From: a bacterium
Lineage (GTDB): Bacteria; Hinthialibacterota; Hinthialibacteria; Hinthialibacterales; Hinthialibacteraceae
NCBI GenBank assembly: GCA_963662285.2
Contig: CAXXMV010000001.1
Span: 1,088,001-1,152,000 of the forward strand
Length of the DNA: 64,000 nucleotides
Direction: 5' to 3'
In this document: piece after piece, positions 10,075-19,787 of the stretch
Position numbering within the stretch: the first letter of the stretch is position 1
Layout of the letters: every line of letters starts with the position of its first letter
The notes under the pieces: model-generated
The model's database searches: none
Told to the model about the DNA's origin: nothing
The model's input: only the letters and a program-made list of their open reading frames with translations
Program-made: the position numbers and the translations under genes

Positions 10075-12369
10075 ATGGATCGCGTTGAATCAGTTCTGGA
10101 ATCATTTCGCAAAGATTCCCGTTTCCGCGGGAATATCACTTTTTGGCATACTCTGCCACCCGAACCGCCTTGTTATGGCGAGTGGCCGGAGAATTTTTCT
10201 CCCGACATCATCAATGCACTGCAACGGCGCGGTATTGAACGGCTTTATACCCATCAGGCTCAAGCGGTGCACTGCGTCCTGGATGGCGATAATGTCATCG
10301 TGGTTACTCCGACTGCATCGGGCAAAACTATGTGCTACAACCTACCGGTGCTGCATCATCTTACCTGCGTCAATCAGGACGCCCGTGCGTTGTATCTCTT
10401 TCCAACCAAAGCCCTGTCTCAAGATCAGGTTCTGGAAGCGCGTGAGTTGGCGGGAGAACTGAAGCATGACCTCAAGATTCACACCTTCGACGGCGACACG
10501 CCGCAAAGCGCACGACGCGCCATCCGCAATTCCGGGCATATCGTGGTGACCAATCCAGATATGTTGCATACCGGAATCCTGCCCCATCATACTCTGTGGA
10601 TTCGTCTGTTCGAAAATCTGGAATATATCGTGGTTGATGAGGTGCATCATTACCGGGGAGTGTTCGGCAGCCACCTGGCTAATCTTATGCGGCGCTTACA
10701 ACGCATTTGCAAGTTCTATGGATCGAAGCCCAAATTTATCTGCTGCTCAGCCACTATCGCTAATCCAGAAGAACTCTCTGAAAAACTTTTCGGCGCTCCA
10801 TTCAACCTAATCGACGACAATGGCGCCCCGCGCGGCGAGAAGCATTTTATTTTTTATAATCCTCCGGTAATCAATGAAGAGTTGGGCATCCGTAAATCGG
10901 TCATCAACGAAGCCAGCCGCATCGCGACCGATTTTCTGCTCAGCGAAGTGCAGACCATCGTGTTCGGTCGCAGCCGACTGCGGGTGGAGATTCTCACCAC
11001 ATACCTGAAAAGGGCTATGGAGCGCAATAAAAAAGACCCCAACCGCATCCGCGGCTATCGCGGCGGCTACCTGCCCAACGAACGGCGCGACATCGAAGAG
11101 GGAACCCGTTCAGGACGCTACCTGGGGGTAGTCAGCACCAACGCCCTGGAACTGGGCATCGACATAGGTCAACTCAAAGCCGCCGTATTGGCGGGTTATC
11201 CGGGGACTATCGCCTCTACCTGGCAACAAGGGGGGCGCGCCGGGCGGCAGCAGGAGACCTCAGTGGTGGTGCTGGTGGCCAGTTCGGCGCCATTGGATCA
11301 GTTTATCATTCAACATCCCCGCTATTTCTTCGGGACGACTCCCGAAAGCGGACTGGTTAATCCCGATAACCTGGCCATCATGGCCAGCCATTTGAAATGC
11401 GGCGCTTTTGAATTGCCCTTCGAAGATGAAGAACCCTTTGGTCAAGTTGAAATCGGCGATTTTCTACAATATCTCGAAGAAGAAAAAGTCTTGCGTCATG
11501 CCGGAGATAAATGGTTCTGGTCCAGCGCCGCTTATCCTGCGGAAGAGATTTCGCTGCGCTCCGCGTCATCGGAGAATTTCGTCATTATCAACACCACCGA
11601 ACAAAACACTGTGCTAGGCGAGGTTGACCTGCACAGCGCGTCAATGCTGATCCACGAACAGGCCATCTACCTGCATCAGAGCAAGCAGTTCGTCATTGAT
11701 AAACTGGATTGGGATGGACGCACCGCTTATGCGCGCGAGGTGGAGGTTGATTATTACACTGACGCGGTGGAAGAGAGCGACATCAAGGTTATCACCACCG
11801 ACGTCAACCAGCGCATCCCGTCTGAGCGGCGCCCTGACCCCGACGCCTGCGCCACGCGCCATTTCGGCGAGGTGGCGGTCAGCACCATTGTTCCCAAGTA
11901 TAAGAAAATCCGTTTCGAGACCCATGAAAATGTGGGATTCGGCAATATCCACCTGCCCCAGTTGGACAAGCAGACCGAGTCATACTGGGTTGAACTATCC
12001 GAAGAACTGGCGCTCAAAATCAGCGAACAGCAGATTGATATCGGCGGAGGCCTGCGCGCCCTGGCCACCGCGCTATGCAATGTAGTCCCGGTATTCGTGT
12101 TATGCGATCCCCGCGACGTCTGCTCAGCGCCGATGGTGCGCTCGCCCTTCTCCGGACTGCCCACCATATACCTCTACGACGCCTACCCGGGCGGCATCGG
12201 CATCGCCCGCCGCATCTACGACATCGACCTCAAACTCTTCCAGGCCGCAGAAGAACTGATCCGCAACTGCCACTGCAAAACCGGCTGCCCCTCCTGCGTA
12301 GGCCCCCCGCTGGAAGTAGGAGGCCAAGGCAAACTGGCGGCTACTGTGTTGCTGGAGTTTTTGTTGTGA
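10075..12369 (+). CDS. DEAH-box helicase with C-terminal DUF1998 Zn-binding domain (MrfA/YprA/Hrq1 family)
   Basis: PTASGKT, PTKALSQDQ, DEVH, SAT, STNALELGIDIG, QQGGRAGR; C-terminal YDAYPGGIG and CHCKTGCPSC. Confidence 0.95.
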   Translation: MDRVESVLESFRKDSRFRGNITFWHTLPPEPPCYGEWPENFSPDIINALQRRGIERLYTHQAQAVHCVLDGDNVIVVTPTASGKTMCYNLPVLHHLTCVNQDARALYLFPTKALSQDQVLEARELAGELKHDLKIHTFDGDTPQSARRAIRNSGHIVVTNPDMLHTGILPHHTLWIRLFENLEYIVVDEVHHYRGVFGSHLANLMRRLQRICKFYGSKPKFICCSATIANPEELSEKLFGAPFNLIDDNGAPRGEKHFIFYNPPVINEELGIRKSVINEASRIATDFLLSEVQTIVFGRSRLRVEILTTYLKRAMERNKKDPNRIRGYRGGYLPNERRDIEEGTRSGRYLGVVSTNALELGIDIGQLKAAVLAGYPGTIASTWQQGGRAGRQQETSVVVLVASSAPLDQFIIQHPRYFFGTTPESGLVNPDNLAIMASHLKCGAFELPFEDEEPFGQVEIGDFLQYLEEEKVLRHAGDKWFWSSAAYPAEEISLRSASSENFVIINTTEQNTVLGEVDLHSASMLIHEQAIYLHQSKQFVIDKLDWDGRTAYAREVEVDYYTDAVEESDIKVITTDVNQRIPSERRPDPDACATRHFGEVAVSTIVPKYKKIRFETHENVGFGNIHLPQLDKQTESYWVELSEELALKISEQQIDIGGGLRALATALCNVVPVFVLCDPRDVCSAPMVRSPFSGLPTIYLYDAYPGGIGIARRIYDIDLKLFQAAEELIRNCHCKTGCPSCVGPPLEVGGQGKLAATVLLEFLL

Positions 12370-12390
12370 TACTATTCAAGGAGATTTTTA

Positions 12391-13095
12391 ATGGTCGATA
12401 TTAAAGATTGTGATAGAGATTTTTTTTAAGAAAAAGTTTTTAATTCAAAAAATGAAACTCTACATGAGTTTTCAAAATTCTTTGACAGACGTATCCATGA
12501 ATTTATTGACAGGATTTATATCGATTTTATCCGATGGGAAAAATTAATCGAAAAACATAATGATGCAAATAATAGAATGGATAGATTCTGGTGGGTAAAT
12601 TGTTTTTTATATCTTTCAATTAACCACTTATTAAACTCATTCCATTTAATCATATCAGGCCATATAATATCATCGGGACATTTAATGCGCCAATTTTGTG
12701 AAACAGTATCTATGTCGTTAATGTGTTCACATCCAAAGATCAATACGTTTACAGAATTTGAAAAAAATCCCAAATTTTATCCTCTTTATAAATCTATCGA
12801 TTTTATTGGAAGAAAAAAGAATGTTAAACTACTTGGATTGAGTGATCAAGTAGGAATAGTATTAAAAGAAATATATAATTTCCATAATCAATATAGTCAT
12901 GCATCAGCATTATCAATTTATTATCATTTTATTTCTAGTAAGGAACAAGAGATTTCTTTTGGTGGAGATTTTCACCCAGATAAGATACAGTTTTACAATA
13001 CTGAAATTGAAGACCGTATAGATGCAGCTATATTTCTTTATTCTCTTATGGATAATATTGAAAGAATACTGAAAGAAAATAATGTTATTTCTTGA
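12391..13095 (+). pseudogene. AT-rich hypothetical protein interrupted by an in-frame TAA at 12427-12429 (intact remainder 12577-13095)
   Basis: AAGGAG RBS and ATG at 12391 are in frame with the 12577-13095 ORF, with a single TAA at codon 13; MRQFCE and SHAS motifs resemble HEPN/DUF5677-like helical proteins. Confidence 0.6.
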
Positions 13096-13176
13096 AAATT
13101 AGCCTATTAGACAAAAAACTAATCTTTTGGCCATTCTCTAAGATTATATCGCATGAGCCTAAAGAAGAGAAAATTT

Positions 13177-13377
13177 ATGTTCTCAATTAAACGTTGTCCA
13201 TCATGCGGCAGTAATAAGATCAAACCGCTTCGCCGGGATTGGGAAGGCCAATATCACGGCGCATCCTATATCGTCCCCGATTTAGAATTCCATGAATGCC
13301 CGGATTGTGAATAGAAGATATATGACAGTGAAGCCATACGGAAAATCGAAATGGCATCGCTTGGCTTAAAAAAATGA
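13177..13377 (+). pseudogene. YgiT/MqsA-type zinc-finger protein with an in-frame TAG at 13312-13314
   Basis: Hand translation: MFSIKRCPSCGSNKIKPLRRDWEGQYHGASYIVPDLEFHECPDCE*KIYDSEAIRKIEMASLGLKK; two CxxC pairs with YgiT-type spacing; absent from the ORF track. Confidence 0.75.
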
Positions 13378-14022
13378 ATCAGGGTATTGCCCGAAAGCGA
13401 TCTTCCAGTCATAAGTCCCGGTGTTGTCTTTGAGGCGGTACGACTTCCAAATATCTCCATTGGAAACCAGGCCGTTTGACGGCGCGTAGGGGATGGATGA
13501 ACTGGCCGTCGACCAGGCGATGTCGTAGTTATCGCGGTCCGGACCGCCAGCCATGAATACCCAGTAATAGCCCGAATTGTTGGGGCAGCCGCTGGTTCCA
13601 TAGGCCACGAAAAGCCCATTGAGGAAAGGGTCGACCGGGATGCTGCTCATGTAGGAAACCGGCGTGGTCAATTGAGACAGGACGCGTCCATCATGATAGG
13701 GATCGTAGCATGGATCAAGTCCAGCCTGGGCGCAGGTTTTACCCCACCGCGGCCCGAAATGATCCAAAGCGCACACATCATCCGGAGAACTGACCCCGTT
13801 GTGATTTACCCAGCCCTGATCGTTCCCATCCGGCATCCACAGATTAGTATCCACTTTGCGAGTGATATTGAGTTCAAAAAGCATTCTGATATCAGCAAAA
13901 GATTTGGCGGACAGCGCCCGGATTCGCGCGTTCATGAAGTTCGGAACCGCGATGGCCGCCAGGATGCCAATAATGGCGACCACAATGAGTAGTTCAATCA
14001 ACGTGAAAGCATCTTTTTTCAT
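13366..14022 (-). CDS. prepilin-type N-terminal cleavage/methylation domain protein
   Basis: MKKDA-FTLIELLIVVAIIGILAAIAVPNF class III signal; Cys-containing variable middle; LTTPVSY, GPDR and SNGLVSNGDI motifs. Confidence 0.9.
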   Translation of the reverse strand: MKKDAFTLIELLIVVAIIGILAAIAVPNFMNARIRALSAKSFADIRMLFELNITRKVDTNLWMPDGNDQGWVNHNGVSSPDDVCALDHFGPRWGKTCAQAGLDPCYDPYHDGRVLSQLTTPVSYMSSIPVDPFLNGLFVAYGTSGCPNNSGYYWVFMAGGPDRDNYDIAWSTASSSIPYAPSNGLVSNGDIWKSYRLKDNTGTYDWKIAFGQYPDSFF

Positions 14023-14111
14023 GATCCTGCTTCCGGTTGGCGCCAATTGGTTATTGCTCCAAGGCGCCGTAAGGTTTTTGATATAACTCAGATAAGTTTC
14101 TTAATCTATAA

Positions 14112-15575
14112 TCACGCCTCAAAATAGACTCCATCCCTTACTAATACATCTCTTAATTCTGAGTATTTCAGGTCGCGGATTCCGCATTGTTTTTTTGCGC
14201 AGAGGGCGGCGGTGGCGCCGGAGGCCTGGCCCTGTCCCATAGAGCATACCGTGTTCCGGGTTGACATATGGGCGCGATGGTCGGAAGTGATCAACATCCC
14301 TGAAGCCAGCAGGTTTTCAATACCCGCTACGCACAGGGCGCGATAGGGGACGCCGTAAGTGGCGCCGTTTTTGACTTGCAGGCGGGGCGCCATATCGTGA
14401 AAACCATAAACCATGATTTCGTCATTGAAATGACGCGCTTCGATAACATCCTCATGGGTGATGTCGTAATCGCAAGCAATGCAGCGCGCCCGGCGGATAT
14501 TCAGAGATGGAGCAGTACGCGCAATGAAGGCGTTTTCGCAACCGGGGACGAATTTGCGGAATAGTTGCAAGGCGCGATACTGATTCTGGCGCAGTTTGAG
14601 TTCAGTCTTGGCGGTTTCGTCGCGATCAGTCGGGCTCTTAGCCATTTTGGTATTCATCTTGATAAACATTAAGTAATTGTCATGAACCGTAGTAGTGGTC
14701 ATGGACATACCAATCTTTCCGGCTTCCTCAGCAAATTCATCAGGTAGTTTTACCCGGCTGCCGTTCAGGCGTATGATCTGGTCATCCTTGCCGTTGCGGA
14801 TCCCATAGGCCAGTTCAGTGATAGCATCACGCGATTTAAGGAATTCGTAATACTTGTCAATATTAACATTGCCAACGCCAAAACTGTTACATACTGCATA
14901 ATCGTTGGGTTCGGTGTATTTGGCGCCAGCATGGGCTGACAGGTCGCCATAGGCTGTACAATCAATAAACGATTTGGCATACACCGCTTCGCGTCCAGAC
15001 AGGCTTTCGGTAATAACGCCTTTAACCCGTGATCCATCCATAATGGCGCCAACCAACATCGTATTAACCGCAACATGCACGCCAGCTTCCTCCAGCATGG
15101 TATGAGTAATAAGTTTATAGAGTTCGGTGTCAATCGCGGTGCAGACGCAATCATATCCAACCCGCTCGACCTGGTCGCCATGCCCGGTGCAGCCTCCAAC
15201 GGTGAGCATCCGGTTAATGATTTCCTGAGGGATGCCGCGAACTACCTGGCGTTTTTCCACACCGAATGGCTTCCACAGGTTATAAAAACTGTGCAGCGCC
15301 GTCCCACCTTCGGTTATGGTTCCTCCGGTATAGCCTTTCTTTTCGATCAGCATAACATTGACGCCCTGACGGGCTGCGGAAAGAGCAGCGACCACGCCAG
15401 CCGTGCCGCCGCCGGCCACAACAACATCAACATGATGAACAGGAATGGATTTAGAGGGTTCAATATATAAATTGCCTTCAATTTGGGTGGATTTGGAGGT
15501 TTGGCTTGTTGTGCAACCAGCCTGCGTTCCGATCCCCAAAGCGAGCAGGCCTTTAGAAAAATCGCGGCGTTTCAT
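14112..15575 (-). CDS. Tat-exported FAD-dependent oxidoreductase (FAD_oxidored family), probable lipoprotein
   Basis: MKRRDF Tat motif and QAGC lipobox; DVVVAGGGTAG; FIDCTAYGD; YGVPYRAL; MGQGQASG. Confidence 0.88.
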   Translation of the reverse strand: MKRRDFSKGLLALGIGTQAGCTTSQTSKSTQIEGNLYIEPSKSIPVHHVDVVVAGGGTAGVVAALSAARQGVNVMLIEKKGYTGGTITEGGTALHSFYNLWKPFGVEKRQVVRGIPQEIINRMLTVGGCTGHGDQVERVGYDCVCTAIDTELYKLITHTMLEEAGVHVAVNTMLVGAIMDGSRVKGVITESLSGREAVYAKSFIDCTAYGDLSAHAGAKYTEPNDYAVCNSFGVGNVNIDKYYEFLKSRDAITELAYGIRNGKDDQIIRLNGSRVKLPDEFAEEAGKIGMSMTTTTVHDNYLMFIKMNTKMAKSPTDRDETAKTELKLRQNQYRALQLFRKFVPGCENAFIARTAPSLNIRRARCIACDYDITHEDVIEARHFNDEIMVYGFHDMAPRLQVKNGATYGVPYRALCVAGIENLLASGMLITSDHRAHMSTRNTVCSMGQGQASGATAALCAKKQCGIRDLKYSELRDVLVRDGVYFEA

Positions 15576-15756
15576 GATTATATTCTCCAATCGTATGTAT
15601 TTCGATTATCCGTAATCATATAATTTCCGCTCGCATCATGTCAAGCATTTTTCCCAGGACATCATGTTTTTCAGTAGACATAGGAAAGCATGATATGATA
15701 TAACCTAAATACGAAATTCTATGAAAATATCTGAACTAATCGCGTGAATTAAAATA

Positions 15757-17253
15757 ATGGAATCAAAGCAAATAGCCAAAGTCGTCACAATATTTCTCAT
15801 CATTACAATTATCTTATGGATCACTATTCTTCTGTTTCAGTTTCGCATACTAAATATTTTCGACAAATACCTGATGAAGTTTCCCGGCCCACTCACGGTT
15901 TTTGGAATAATGGTATTGACTCCCATATTAGCAGTCATGCAGGGATTAAAAATAAAAAAAAGTGAAGGTAAATTCATTCAGGGTTGTATATTAATATCTT
16001 CAGGAATTATTCTGTTTACTGCGTTTGTTGTTTTCATTGGAATCCCCTTGACGCTTAATATGCTTGAACCGGAAACACCAAAGAATCCTGATTCTCCACG
16101 GGTCTATATCCCCCAATATGGAATACCAGTTTTTCCGGGCGCGGAAGGATTCGGAACGAAAACTCCCGCAGGAAGAGGGGGAAAGGTAATTTCAGTAACA
16201 TCACTGAAGGATAATGGGCCGGGAACATTGCGCGAAGCGCTTGAATCGCCTTTTTCGCGCACAATTGTTTTTGCCGTCAGCGGAATTATTGAACTTGATA
16301 ACCAACTCTTCATAAACCATCCCTTCGTTACCATATCAGGCCAAACAGCCCCGGGAAATGGCGTCTGCATAAAGAACGCGGGAATTGTGGTTGCATCTCA
16401 TGACGTACTGATCCAACATATAAGAGTGCGGCCTGGAAATATGGGAAAAATTAACGCCGACGACAACGACGCAATTTCAATCCTGGGTGAACATGGAGAT
16501 ATCGATGGAGCATATAACATAGTGCTAGATCACATATCCACCAGTTGGGGTGAGGATGAAACCATTAGTACGTGGTATGGGGCGCACGATATTACTATCT
16601 CATGGTCTATTATTAGTGAAGCGCTCAATGTAAGCAGGCATAGAAAAATAACCCATAGCGCCGGATTACTTATAGGAGACAGTTCCTACAATGTTTCAAT
16701 GCATCATAATCTTCTGGCGCACAACGATTTCAGGAACCCCCTCATCATAGAAGGCGGAACTCACGATTTCATTAATAATGTGGTTTATAACTGGGGAGTG
16801 TTGCCTGCAGAAATTGTGGATTATTCTTCAAACTCTTTCTTGAATTTTATAGGCAACTACTTTATTCCAGGGCCATCCACCCAAAAAGGCCCTTTTGAAA
16901 TCATGATAAACCCTGATAAAGGCATCCCCCAAATCTACGCCGAAGGTAATATCGGACCTCATAGAGAAGATGAAAGTGATGATGATTGGAATTCTGTAGG
17001 TTACGGATACGGCGATGACGGGATCGCCCATAATAAATACCGTTCTCAACGTAAATTCGATACGCCAATCATAACGACCATGCAAGCCGGGGAATCTTAC
17101 CAAAAAGTCCTTGCTGAATCCGGCGCCATACTACCTGTCCGTGATGTAGTTGATAACAGGATAGTACAAGATGTAATCAATAAAACCGGATCAATCATCA
17201 ATTCTCCTGATGAGGTAGGGGGATATCCAATTTACGCGGCAAATAGTAATTGA
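15757..17253 (+). CDS. membrane-anchored pectate lyase-like (PL1-type beta-helix) protein
   Basis: FPGAEGFG, GRGGKVISVTSL, GPGTLREAL, TISGQTAPG, LDHISTSWGEDE, RNP, NNVVYNWG; three N-terminal TM segments. Confidence 0.88.
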   Translation: MESKQIAKVVTIFLIITIILWITILLFQFRILNIFDKYLMKFPGPLTVFGIMVLTPILAVMQGLKIKKSEGKFIQGCILISSGIILFTAFVVFIGIPLTLNMLEPETPKNPDSPRVYIPQYGIPVFPGAEGFGTKTPAGRGGKVISVTSLKDNGPGTLREALESPFSRTIVFAVSGIIELDNQLFINHPFVTISGQTAPGNGVCIKNAGIVVASHDVLIQHIRVRPGNMGKINADDNDAISILGEHGDIDGAYNIVLDHISTSWGEDETISTWYGAHDITISWSIISEALNVSRHRKITHSAGLLIGDSSYNVSMHHNLLAHNDFRNPLIIEGGTHDFINNVVYNWGVLPAEIVDYSSNSFLNFIGNYFIPGPSTQKGPFEIMINPDKGIPQIYAEGNIGPHREDESDDDWNSVGYGYGDDGIAHNKYRSQRKFDTPIITTMQAGESYQKVLAESGAILPVRDVVDNRIVQDVINKTGSIINSPDEVGGYPIYAANSN

Positions 17254-17353
17254 TGGAATTAAAAAATGCCTTCTTCAGTTTCCTGTATTTCCCAATAGAA
17301 TACATATTCGCTTTACTTATGCTTTAAGTTCAGACGTAACAGGAATAATTGAT

Positions 17354-18574
17354 ATGATTGACAGCAATGCGTTGCCCGGTGGGACCAATCTGAGGCTTCT
17401 TCTGGAAGAGTGTCAGTGTGATGATGCTTATCTTCTGGAACATAGCACGGTTCAAAGCCTGATCGAAACAGCCATTCAAGAGGTTGGTTTTCAACATCTG
17501 GTGAATACCGGACATAAGTTTGAAGGCGGAGGCTACACGTCGGCTTTCATTCTGGCGGAATCGCATGTGATTATCCACACCTGGCCGGAAAATAACCGCA
17601 TCGCCATCGTGGATATCAGCGTGTGCGATTTCAAGAGGCCAAACCGCGCCAGGACATTGGCGCTGGGCGACCTGATCGCAGCCATTTTTCAAGCAAAAAA
17701 AACCATCCATGAAGTCCTGCCCATGATTCCACGCATCGCCGATAACGCCCTGCCAGCGCAGGGCTATCATATTGAAATAGAAAAAATAATTGCCTCCCGC
17801 AAAAGCGCCTTCCAGAACATTCTGATCGCCGAGACCAAGCCCTATGGACGGGCGCTGGTTTTGGATGGAGTTGTGCAAATCAGTGAGTCAGATGATTTCT
17901 ATTACCACGAGCCATTGGTTCATGTGGCCATGCTGTCGCACCAGAATCCTCAACATGTTTTGATCTGTGGAGGCGGGGATGGAGGAGCGGCCAAGCAGGT
18001 TATCAAACACTCATCGGTTGAATCATGCACCATTGTCGATATCGACAAGGATGTGGTTGAACTATCAAAAAAAGAACTATTCAGCGTACATCAAGGCGCT
18101 TTTGATGATCCCAGAGTAGACGTTAATATCCAGGATGCTGAGCAATTTATAGCGAAAACGGATGCTGAATATGATGTGATCATCATTGATACCACCGATC
18201 CGGCGGCAGTGTCGGAGACGCTTTTTTCACAGGATTTTTTTAACGCCATACATGCAGTTTTAGCGAAAGATGGATGCCTGACGCTTCATGTTGGGTCGCC
18301 GTTTGCAGAGGGCGGTTATCGAGAAACAGTAATTGAACACCTGGATGATATTTTCAAGTCGGTGCACCCCTATATGAATTTCGTGCCCTGCTATGGGGCG
18401 TTGCTATGCTACCTGGTCTGTTTCAAGAGCGACAGTGGTTTAATAAAACCTGAGATTGTGGATCAGCGCTTGAAACAACGGGGGATCGATAATCTGAGTT
18501 ATATCAATCCAGAAATCTATCAAGCGCTATTCGCCATCCCTCCCTGCATAAACATTACCCGCGAAAAACAATAG
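17354..18574 (+). CDS. speE: S-adenosylmethionine decarboxylase (SpeD-like) fused to polyamine aminopropyltransferase (SpeE)
   Basis: N-terminal HKFEGGGYT and LAESHVIIHTWPE (pyruvoyl-forming E-S site); C-terminal LVLDGVVQ, YHEPLVH, ICGGGDGG and DVIIIDTTDP. Confidence 0.92.
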   Translation: MIDSNALPGGTNLRLLLEECQCDDAYLLEHSTVQSLIETAIQEVGFQHLVNTGHKFEGGGYTSAFILAESHVIIHTWPENNRIAIVDISVCDFKRPNRARTLALGDLIAAIFQAKKTIHEVLPMIPRIADNALPAQGYHIEIEKIIASRKSAFQNILIAETKPYGRALVLDGVVQISESDDFYYHEPLVHVAMLSHQNPQHVLICGGGDGGAAKQVIKHSSVESCTIVDIDKDVVELSKKELFSVHQGAFDDPRVDVNIQDAEQFIAKTDAEYDVIIIDTTDPAAVSETLFSQDFFNAIHAVLAKDGCLTLHVGSPFAEGGYRETVIEHLDDIFKSVHPYMNFVPCYGALLCYLVCFKSDSGLIKPEIVDQRLKQRGIDNLSYINPEIYQALFAIPPCINITREKQ

Positions 18575-18578
18575 GCGC

Positions 18579-19661
18579 CTAATCTAACTGTTGGGCTTGC
18601 TGAATCAGGTAATGGTCAACCAACACCAAACCGGCCATGGCTTCAACAATGGGAACAGCGCGCGGCAAGACGCAGGGATCATGTCTGCCACGGGGCTTGA
18701 GGATAGTTGCCTTCCCTTCAGAAGAGACGGTTTTCTGCGGTTGCAAAATTGTAGCTGTCGGTTTGAAGGCGACGCGGAAGAAAATGTCTTCTCCATTGCT
18801 GATGCCTCCTTGCACTCCCCCGGAATTATTGCTGCGCGTGCGTATTGTCCCACGAGAATTATAAAATTCGTCGTTGTGCTCAGAGCCTTTCATATTAACA
18901 CATGAAAAACCGCTGCCAATCTCGAAGCCTTTGGATGCGGGGATAGAGAGCATGCCTTTGGCCAGATCGGCTTCCAAGCGGTCAAACACAGGGATTCCCA
19001 AACCTGTGGGAACTTTTCGTATAATGCATTCAATGATGCCGCCAACCGAGTCGCCGTCATGCCTGATTTGATCAATATAATTAAACATCTCTTCAGCGAC
19101 TTTTTTATCCGGGCAACGAACCGGATTCTGCTCAACCTGAGATGCACGGACTTTCTTAGGATCAATCTGCGCCTTGAGGTGATGAACCTGGGATACATAA
19201 GCCACGATTTCCACGCCGCACTGTTGCTTTAATATTTTTTTAGCCAGAGCGCCTGCAGCCACCCGGCCAATGGTTTCACGGGCGCTGCTACGGCCTCCGC
19301 CGCGAAAATCTCTGAAGCCGTATTTCTGGTCATAAGTATAATCAGCGTGCGACGGGCGATAAGCGTCTTGAATCTCAGAGTAATCCTGAGAACGGGCGTC
19401 TTTATTCCATACCATCATTGATATAGGAGTACCCTGAGTTTGGCCTTCAAATACCCCAGAAAGGATTTGAACCGAATCAGTTTCGCTGCGCTGGGAGGTG
19501 ATTTTGCTTTGTCCGGGACGACGCCGGTCCAACTCGCGCTGAATCTCCTTCTCGCTGATCGGGATTCTGGATGGGCAGCCATCGACAATTACGCCAACCG
19601 CGCCGCCATGCGACTCACCCCACGTCGTGATCCGGAATATCCGGCCAAAAGTATTTCCCAT
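18579..19661 (-). CDS. aroC: chorismate synthase
   Basis: [37 protein letters not shown] and RGRHDPC. Confidence 0.99.
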   Translation of the reverse strand: MGNTFGRIFRITTWGESHGGAVGVIVDGCPSRIPISEKEIQRELDRRRPGQSKITSQRSETDSVQILSGVFEGQTQGTPISMMVWNKDARSQDYSEIQDAYRPSHADYTYDQKYGFRDFRGGGRSSARETIGRVAAGALAKKILKQQCGVEIVAYVSQVHHLKAQIDPKKVRASQVEQNPVRCPDKKVAEEMFNYIDQIRHDGDSVGGIIECIIRKVPTGLGIPVFDRLEADLAKGMLSIPASKGFEIGSGFSCVNMKGSEHNDEFYNSRGTIRTRSNNSGGVQGGISNGEDIFFRVAFKPTATILQPQKTVSSEGKATILKPRGRHDPCVLPRAVPIVEAMAGLVLVDHYLIQQAQQLD

Positions 19662-19787
19662 TGTAGTCTCCTGAAGAATATGACGTAACGAAAAAAGGAT
19701 ACTGGAAAGATGCCTTTTGCCCTAGAGGAGGACGGCGGGATGCCAGTAATCCTGATGATTTTTGGATGATATTATGACAGAAAAGAT

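Noticed and set aside
10075-12369. DISARM DrmAB or Druantia-type defence helicase
   Set aside because: It is a single ~760-aa helicase-DUF1998 protein of MrfA/YprA type with no methylase, DrmC/D/E or Dru genes, and its promoter motif suggests a repair role.
12391-13377. Stop-codon reassignment or read-through as the explanation for two neighbouring in-frame stops
   Set aside because: The stops differ (TAA and TAG), and both codons end conserved genes in this window at the expected positions (holA and aroC TAG; tpiA and rpsI TAA).
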